Position numbers and translations under genes: made by a program
Shown here: piece by piece, positions 55,029 to 64,000 of the stretch
How positions within the stretch are numbered: position 1 is the stretch's first letter
Layout: each line of letters starts with the position of its first letter
NCBI GenBank assembly: GCA_030770535.1
Contig: JASVEC010000020.1
Span: 434,001-498,000, forward strand
Length of the DNA stretch: 64,000 nucleotides
Reading direction: 5' to 3'
DNA from: Batkoa obscura
Lineage: Eukaryota
Notes under the pieces: model-generated
What the model saw: only the letters and a program-made list of their open reading frames with translations
Told to the model about the DNA's origin: nothing
Database searches by the model: none

Positions 55029-57071
55029 TTTATTAATTATGAATTATAAAATCTGAGTTATGCTTTGTTTTTTATTTTGAATAAAATCAAAGATCACATA
55101 TATTAGATTCCTTGGTTCTTATATACTTTTAACATTTCACATATTAAATGAATATAAAATTATATACATTGTGCTTGAATCGAGGTACCACTAATGAAAA
55201 TGAGATTTTAAATGCATTATAGGTTTTAACTAACTTACTTTCTTTACCCTCCTTGGAAATTTTTATAACCCAGTAGTAAAAAATAGTATTATCTAATTAT
55301 TTTTCGTCTCTTTTTCCACATTCAACTAATCAAATACTCTTTTTCTTTGATTCTAACGATATGTTTTGATGCTCTTTTTTCTTTTGATCTATAGCTTATT
55401 TCTTTTTATTCCCCCATACTTTCCCCCTTTACCAATTTTCCTTAATTTTTATGCACGCTTTTAGTCATTTTTATGAAAAATTTTAAGTTGCAATCAAATT
55501 GGTTGGTAATTTATGCAGGTTTAATATTAACTCATCTTATTTTATCTTAAATAAATCTCGATTCTATCAAAGTTAATAGCATTAAAATAGTTTTAAATCC
55601 GTTAATAGGATGGTTGTCATGTTTTAATATTTACAGAAGTGTTAATTGTTACAAAAGTTTGTTGTATTTTTATAAATATTTAATTGAATTATTTACTCAA
55701 GTTGGTAAGTTTAATAGTTTTTTATTCTCCGATTAATATAGTCTTTTATTTTGTTACAAAAAATAATGAGTGTTTTTTATTATGGAGATAATCATTTAGT
55801 TTAATTTTTTAATTTAAGATCTCATTTAATTTAATACTTCGATCTTAAGGTTAATAAAACTATTATTTTTTAAGGTTTAAAACATTATTTTCAATAGACA
55901 CAGCTATTCAATTTAGAGCCTTGGATTTTGGTAAATTGGATTTTATAATTGTCCCCTCTTTTTTTGTTGGTACTAAAAGCAAAGATTTTTTAGCTTGTTT
56001 TTAGTTGGGGATAACAATTGATCATATTAGTATTATTATTATGCAACAAATTATTATTGTTAAGTACTATTTATATTACTACTTTTCATCTTGAATATAT
56101 ATATATTTAATATAGTAGTTATATTATTTAATTTATATAGTCTATAAAAATCTAAATTCCGACTTAATAATGATTTGATTTTAATTTAGTAATAAAATGC
56201 TAAAATCAAACATTTTTAAATTGAAACATTATCAAATTCTAGTCCTTTTAAAATTAAATAAAAGTTTTAAAACATAGATCTAATTGTACAGTTTATTGTC
56301 ATATTTTAGCTTTTTTACTCTATCAGAATCTAAAGCATAGAAATTATAAAAAAGTAAAATAAACAGAAAAAAAATTAGCAACACAATTTTAAAATATAGT
56401 ACTAGACATTTTCAAATTTTCATTTATTGAGTTTAACTATGATGACGACCTTTTCTATCTTCGCACTCATTAAATAAGAAAAATGTCTAGCTCTGTGTTA
56501 AAAAATTGGTAACAATGTAAAAATGATCTCATAAGCTATTTTACGAATAATAGAATCTTACTGGTTGTTTTCTTTTACCTTTTTAAAGACCAAATTACTC
56601 TTCTTTGAATTTAACATACTCATCGTAAACAATATTTTAAACGCTAAAGTATGTTCAATGAGATGTCATACCTATTATATATTTACTATCTTATTTCTTG
56701 TCCACTCTTCATTTTTTCAGTGGCAAAATCCACTTTAAAAATTTCTATTAATTTATGAGGTCATCAACTTCAACTCAGCTTTTAGAAAGCTTTACCCATC
56801 TAAGGAGTCAAAAAAGATGAAATATTATTGGATAAGGACAGTCTAAAACAAAAATTGAGTAGATTTGACCAAAGTTGAATCGAACTTGAGAATAAGCTGG
56901 CAGAAAAGAGATAGACTAGTAATTAAAAGATTCTATATTCATATTTTTTAAATAAAATGTATTCAATGTATTTTTTACAGCTTGTTTTATAGACATTGTA
57001 GTTTTGAATGGGTTTTACTAGTGAACTGTTATATCATGTAACTTTTAAAAACACGTTATTTGCACCTATAA

Positions 57072-57077
57072 ACGCGT
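57072..57077. promoter_or_regulatory. MCB-like box (ACGCGT) upstream of dUTPase
   Basis: ACGCGT ~250 bp upstream of the ATG in very AT-rich DNA, with ATTGG boxes nearby. Confidence 0.35.
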
Positions 57078-57323
57078 TTTTATTCCAAATCATTTTGACA
57101 AAAATAATTGGCTCAACCAGCAGAAAGCAGGAAATTTTAAAAATAGAAAGCCAACACGTCGATTGGTTCCTCTTTTTCTAAATAATCAGCCTCGTAGTTG
57201 ATTGGCTAACAAAAAAAACAAAATTTACCAAATCAGAAACTATAAAAATAAGCTGGTGGTTAAAAGCAAAAAAAAATGTTTTTATTGAAATTTAATCAAT
57301 TTTATCGCTTATCTACTTTAACT

Positions 57324-58239
57324 ATGTCTAGTCTTAAAAGAACTAAGGTATAGTTCTTTTCTTATTATTTAATTGCAATCATCATTAAAATTAATATCTA
57401 ATTAGTCCTCATCCTCCTCTGCTTCCTCTGCTTCCTCTGCTTCTTTATTAACTTTATCAACTAATAAAAGAGCAAAGGTAAAATTGATCCATAATTGTTC
57501 ATTTCTAAACTTGAATTAACATTCTCTTCTTTTAGTCTTCAACATCAGATACTTATGAAAATTCTTGCACTACTAATACTACAACTACTGAAATGAGCCC
57601 AACTACTAAGAAACATAATGTAATATAACATATAATCTCATTACTTATTGATACCAATTCTTTTAATTATAGTTCTATCACAAGTCTGTTGATAGAGATT
57701 CATTACTTTTAATTAAAAAGTTAAACTTGAATGCTCAATTACCAAAACGCGGTTCGGCTTCAGCAGCTGGTTATGATTTATATAGGTAAATATATTGTTT
57801 ATTATAAGAAGTTGGAATATTAAATTGAACTCTATCTTTTAGTTCTGAAGATACAATGATTCCAGCCCGTGGACGCGGAGTAGCGAAGACAGGACTAGCT
57901 ATTAAAGTACCATATGGTACTTATGGTAGAGTTGCCCCACGCTCAGGCTTATCAGTAAAGTTTGGTATCGAAACTGGAGCTGGTGTGGTAGATAGAGATT
58001 ATAGAGTAAGCAAGCGGATTTATTTTGAATTTCAGTTAATGACTTGTATTTTTTTATTTTAGGGAGAAGTAGGAGTATTATTATTTAACCATGAAGATAA
58101 AGAATTTGAAATCAAAAAAGGAGATCGTATTGCTCAACTTGTTTTAGAAAAGATTGTTACACCTGAAATTGAAATTGTAGATGAACTAGATGTCACTGTT
58201 CGTGGTAGTGGAAAGTTTGGATCTACTGGAACTAGATAA
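57324..58239 (+). CDS. DUT1: Trimeric dUTPase, 6 exons
   Basis: [54 protein letters not shown]; five in-frame GT-AG introns; S/T-rich N-terminal tail with KRTK/KRAK. Confidence 0.95.
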
Positions 58240-58785
58240 ATTGTGATGAAGCTGTAGATAGCTGTCTTGCTATTATATAAGGAAATTTGAATTCTAGAAT
58301 AGGAAGATGTCTATTTAATTATTATTATATGTATTTTTGTCCAGTATTAAGTTTGTTTCATAAAAAATTAATTGTACACTTAATAAAACTATTGACATGA
58401 TGTAATTTTAATATCTTGATAAATTTGGTATCATCAAATCCTTTTTATTATTGGTTTATCATTACTTCCAATTACAATAATATCTGATTATGTTGGTGTT
58501 AATAAATGCTATATACAGGCAGAACAGTCAGTTTTAGGACTAATTTTTTCCAATATCCTTTTCCAAAATAAGACTACTCAGTTGTATCCATTCGTTAATC
58601 ATGTATATCAAAATTAGACATATGATTCCATGCTAAACCAGCTGCAAAATATTTCATGGAGCAATCTTATTAAATTAATTTATGCATATTTTGTTCGTCA
58701 CCTTAGACATAATGAAACATCATTGAGTATATAAAGAAACATAACATTTTATTTCTTTATTTTTTTTACTTTGACTAGGTCCAAT

Positions 58786-60060
58786 ATGAGGAATTCGTTT
58801 AAATTTGAGAACTTGGAAAGGAAGATGATAAAAGAGGTTTTATATCATCTCACAGATAAGGATAAATTTAACTTGCTTATTTGCTGTAAAGAATGGAATA
58901 AAGCGATAACGCCCATACTATGGGGAGACATAACCCCAAGTTCATACTATAATGATAATAGAAAAGTGAAAGAAGCTTACAAAAAATATAGCCATTACAT
59001 AAAAACCTTGGACCTTAGATCATATTCGAATCTACCGGTGCATTTCTCAGTATACCCAAATAGCACCAAATTGTACATATATTTAGGTAAATATTTAAAA
59101 AAAAGGAACCACTTAAAAAATGTTCCTCTGACAGGACTTACTTGCACAACTTTCATTGATGGCATGACAACCAAAACATGCATATTAGTGAACAAAATCC
59201 ATACTAAATAAATATTTCAAAATATAAAGGATTTAGGAACTGGTAGATTGGATAACTATTTTGAAACGATAATAAGCGAATATTTGTCATCAACCATAGT
59301 ATCACTAACGATTAAAGACACTCGTGATAGTAAAATACCATATTTTGGAAATTTGTTAAGTGAGTTGGATGATTTAGAGATGATAAAATTGACTCTTATA
59401 AGTCCTAAAATAGAAGAGTTCGATTACTTTTTGAGTGAGCAGTATCTGCAGTTAAAAAGATTACGTATTTAAATTGTAAATGTAGATAATCTAGATCACA
59501 TAGTCATAAACTTAGACAATTAATTACTCAAAATTTGAAGTATCTTATTACGATGGATATACCATACTAGTGTTTAGAGAAGCACTAAGCTTGGGAGAAT
59601 TAGTATTAAATAAGCCAAATTATCCAAAACAGTCATAAATAATGGAATATTTCCAAAATTAATCAATTAAAGATATCTTACTGTACTAACATCTCATCAA
59701 AACATTTATATTCAGTATTCAATATGTCAAGGATTATTTGCTTAGATTTATCAATATATGAGGATGTTTTTTTTGCTTCATTACTTTTTCCATCTTTTAA
59801 GCGCTATTTACGTGGAAAAACTGTTAGTAAAATTCTTAAATACAAAAATACATCCCCATATTATGGTTATTTATTTTTGATCAGAGAAATTTATCCCAAG
59901 AAGAGCTACGATATAGTAGCATTAGAAATTATACACTTTACTTTAGTAAATGATTCTTTCAATTTTGTATATACATTGTGTCTTAAGCTATAAAATCTTG
60001 AGATGTTAGACTGTTATTTTAGCCTTGAGTCAATGTCTTTTGTTTGTAAAAAGGAGCTGC
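58786..60060 (+). pseudogene. Decayed F-box/LRR-like paralogue D
   Basis: MRNSFKFENLERKMIKEVLYHLTDKDKFNLLICCKEWNKAITPILWG; stop at 59209-59211, further LRR-like fragments, MITE at 59760. Confidence 0.75.
59760..59857 (+). mobile_element. MITE family A copy
   Basis: gaggatg...catcccc; ATAT TSD. Confidence 0.92.
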
Positions 60061-60472
60061 TATTAGATCATGGCATCACTAATATATTTTTCAACGTTTG
60101 TTATACTTTAAATTTAAATATTTTAATTGGCTATATTTTAGTATCATAAAAGTATAAGGTCATTTCAAATTTCAGAGCCAAATGGTTATCTAAAGAAGTA
60201 TATGGAAGAGCATAATTCGGCCATTATATAAAAATCGTTTTACAGCCTTTGATATATAATATATATACGTAGTTTATCTTCTATATGTAATGATCTCATT
60301 ATAAAAAATAAAGTTTGTTCTTTCTTAAATTAGTCGATTTTGTTCTATCAACTGACAATATATATTATAAATAAAATTATATGAAAGTTATATTAGGGTA
60401 TTACCAAAGCTTTAATAAATTTATACTAAAATGTAATATACTATGACGATTTTTTTTAACGACAGCATATAT

Positions 60473-60569
60473 CAGAATGTTTTTTTAATTTCATTACTTT
60501 TCCATTTTTTAAGTGCTATTTGAATGGAAAGATTGTTAGTAAAATTCTTAAACAAAAAAATACATCCCC
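60473..60569 (+). mobile_element. MITE family A copy
   Basis: cagaatgtttttt...catcccc; ATAT TSD. Confidence 0.88.
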
Positions 60570-60638
60570 ATATATATATTTACAATAATGCCGCTTTATT
60601 TTCTGATAAGCTACAGATCTTTGTTGTTAATATGATAT

Positions 60639-60737
60639 GGGGATGTGTTTTTGTATTTAAGAATTTTACTAGCAATTTTTCCACTCAAATAGCGCTTAAA
60701 AGGTGGAAAAAGTAATGAAGCCAAAAAAAACATCCCC
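60639..60737 (-). mobile_element. MITE family A copy
   Basis: ggggatgtgtttttg...aaaacatcccc; ATAT TSD. Confidence 0.93.
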
Positions 60738-60849
60738 ATATAGAGTATGGGATATGGTTATCTCGTGATACAAATTAACGACTTTTATAAAAACAAAATC
60801 TAGGGTCATGCTTGTATTTTGGAAACAAATTGCTACAATTTACAAGTTT

Positions 60850-62180
60850 AAAAGATCTTATATTTTTAAAATAAAATAAAATATAATAAGATATAATTAA
60901 TAAAAGCATCTGCATTTGAGGATTTAATATTAGTAAATGTTACATTAGTTAAAGTTGATTCTCTTACAACCGGATGCTTTGAAAATGGTATATCATTTTC
61001 AAAAGAACACTCCTCTATTTCAAGGTTATATAAATTGGGGCATAGAATAAATAAAAAGTAAAAAAAGTGATGTTATAAAGCTAAATTTCAAATTCTTAAT
61101 ATTACTATATTTTATAGTACATTTCGAATATATCTCTTCAATTAAAAATGGCCGATACTCTTTTTTGGTGGATTTAAATGATCAACTCTTATTCTATCAA
61201 TTAACCAGTGCTTTATCATAAATAGATTTAAATAAGTAACTGTAGTTATATTAAATATGGGATATGAATTCCTGGACAAAAATAGCATGTGTAAGACTTA
61301 ATTAATTTAATTTTGGGAATTTTTGTTTGCTTATCGTTGTTTTAGATAGATTAGGTTCTGACAATCTTAGTTTTCTTAAATCTGATACACCGTTAAATGT
61401 TATTCCTTTCATCTTTAGTACTCCGTTGATTTTAAATAAACTTTCTTCCTCAATATAAAGTGCTCCAAATTTTGGGTGATTGCTTAAATTCACGTACATC
61501 CTTTTGATATTTCTTCCATAGAAAAATCTAGAATAAGAACTATTAAAATCAACAAAAACACTGACTAATTCAAGTGTTTTCGAGTTCTGAAACTTATTTA
61601 TTAATATCCTTAGGCATAAAGCTGGTTTAATAATACCGTTTTATATTACTAATGAGATGATAGTTGATGGCAAATATGGTATTATTGGCCTTTTGAAACA
61701 ATAATACTCTTGGCTTTCTAAATCATCAATTTCCAAATATTTTAAATTCCGAAATATCTTTTTGATAGAACCTTCCATTACAAGTCTAAGCTCATCAATT
61801 GAAATATTTCTAGATAAACTTCTATAATAAAGACCTATTAATCGAATTTAATTAAGATAATCTTTGTATTTTAGATACCTAGATAATAAGGTATATAATT
61901 TAATGCTGCTTTAATAAATTGATTGTTGACCACAGGGTGCTTTAAAAGAAGTTCTAATACAATAATTTGATGTTATCACTATATTCCTTTAAGTTGCTAT
62001 AGATTTACTTACATTTGCAGTCTTTAGCTGTGGTTATATCCTCCCATAAGATCGGTACAATTACCATGTTCGATATTTTGCAATAAAAGGGTAAATTAAG
62101 TTTATACTTACCTGAGAAATGATATAAAACTTGTTTGGTTATTTCGTTCCCTAGATTCTCAAATATAAAATTATGTTTTA
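60850..62180 (-). pseudogene. Decayed F-box/LRR-like paralogue E
   Basis: HNFIFENLGNEITKQVLYHFSGKYKLNLPFYCKISNMVIVPILWEDIT, then FRNLKYLEI and LRKLRLSEPNLS..KFPKLN fragments with stops. Confidence 0.7.
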
Positions 62181-63039
62181 TTTTTGTTTTAATAAGGGAA
62201 GAGAAGAGAAAGTATTCTTAATTTAATTTATATATCAATAGCACTAAAATAATGGATGATGTTAAATTTTGCCAACTCTAATCCATTTATTAAAACATCA
62301 TTATAGTATTAACTACAATAAGCGCTGAACTTATAATAGCGAAGTCTTTGATACTCATTTTTTGTACATTTTTGATGTTTAGTTTAAAAACCTGATCTAT
62401 CTTGTTATAAAATTCAAAGTTCAAAAGGAATATGCTAAAACACTAAACCCTAAATGAATTCCCTACTTGCATACTTAATACATTAAGAAAAGTCTTACTT
62501 TATATAGATCTCAGCATGTTAAAAAAGGCTATCTAAAAAATTTAAAATATAACTTTAGACATTGAAGCTGTTAAAAACTAGTATAATAGTCGCTAATGAA
62601 TTTTATATAAAATATTTCCAACTAGAAAACAATTTGTAAATTTTTTATGGCTTCTTTTTTATGAGTTGGAAAGATGGCTATTGATGACTTATCAGATTGT
62701 ATATGTATCAAAAAGCATCTTGTCTGCTCCTAAAAAGCGCGTTTGAGTTTGAAAATTAAAGAATTAGAAACGTTTAGATCAATTAAATACAAAGGGAAGA
62801 ATATACAATTATGCTTATTGGCTATCTTTTTAAATTTGGGCTTGTGCTCAAACGATTAATGTCAAAAACACCAAATTAGAACTACGAAACTATGTAAGAT
62901 TTTGAAAATAAAACCTTTTTACTCAAATTCAACCATCAACTCAAAAATTTAACGACTTTAGTCATATTCAATATTAAGCTCAAATGCAAAGTAGATTTAT
63001 AGCTATTTATTAATAATTCCTATTAGCTAAATTCCTCAT

Positions 63040-63720
63040 TTAGTTCCCAATCTCTGAATCTTCCTCATTTTATACTACTAATAATACCATGTTTACTGAA
63101 GCGAGCCCAACTGCTAAGGAACACAAGGCATAAATATTGGTTCATACTCCAATAACTTTTTATAATAATTATTTTATAATATTCTAATACCAGATCTATC
63201 AATAGAGACTCGTTAATTTTGATTAAGGAATTAAGTTGATGTGCTCAAGTACTAAGATGAGGTTCTGTCTTAGCTTCTGGCTATGGTCTATATAGGCAAA
63301 TGATTGTATACATTATAATTAAAAATAATAATGCAGTCAACATGTTAGCTCTATGGCCATGGGATATTAAAGACAAGTATAGTTACCAGGACACTCTATG
63401 GTGCTTATATTAGAATTGCCCCTACATTCTGGATTATTGGTCAACTGTGAGGTTAGAACTGTGGCTGATATTATGGATATAGGCTATAGAGTAATTGCTC
63501 CTTTCTGTTTTAATAGTGATTCAAAATCATTTTCCTTTTTAGAGAGAAGTAGATATAGTATTGTTTAATCATGATTATAAAGCATTATTAGCTTCAAAAG
63601 GGGACCGTATTACCCAACTTATTTTGGGGGGAAATTGTCATACTTAAGATTGAATTTTTAGATGAATCGGATGTTACTTTATGTAGTAATAAAAAGTCCA
63701 GCTTCATAGGGACTAGAAAA
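63040..63720 (+). pseudogene. dUTPase pseudogene (intron-retaining duplicate)
   Basis: Colinear with ~57530-58239: gagcccaactgctaag, R*GSVLASGYGLY, GAYIRIA, ADIMDIGYR, GDRITQLI; in-frame TGA, frameshifts, and donors degraded to GC. Confidence 0.85.
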
Positions 63721-64000
63721 AGGTGTTTATGAGCTGAATGTAGCTATCTGACTTATTTTTAGATCATTGCATTTTTATTTCTTTTTTAAAATAAGGTGAT
63801 AGAATTACTATTTACTTTATTTATTAAATGCACATTAAACTTTAAGTTCGTTTTTATTGATTACGATTTATATGGGATTCGTTAGATTTTGAAAAAAATA
63901 CTGGGATGGCAATTATCTAATATATTGTATTTAATTTTATATTATAGTAAATATGTAATGGCTTTGCTATATTAATTTCAGTCTCTAATTAAGGTTGATT

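Noticed and set aside
57324..58239. dUTPase as viral or retroelement cargo
   Set aside because: Five spliceosomal introns, a cellular-type sequence and no viral genes nearby.

Overview
AT-rich, intron-containing eukaryotic DNA, most consistent with an early-diverging fungus. An entomophthoralean, Conidiobolus-like origin is an inference from the tandem secreted trypsins, short introns and gene set. Housekeeping genes are an NTO1/BRPF-like PHD-bromodomain gene, a Ras2-type GTPase, GPI1/PIG-Q, a Ran1/Pat1-like kinase, two DUF4112 genes, a LIM protein, a cyclin-like protein, PRP16, GCV2, ISD11, a PRXL2/AhpC-TSA-like protein and dUTPase. These alternate with accessory zones. The accessory zones hold about 20 copies of a ~98-bp MITE (GGGG...CCCC ends, 4-bp TSD mostly ATAT), a 2.3-kb TIR transposon with matching ends whose transposase is broken by two of those MITEs, at least five decayed F-box/LRR-like paralogues that the elements have inserted into, and a dUTPase pseudogene. 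Other highlights are an apparent 2-nt micro-exon in the Ras gene and patchwork identity (probable gene conversion) in the trypsin triplet. All alignments and gene models were made by eye, so exon boundaries of multi-exon genes and pseudogene limits are approximate.
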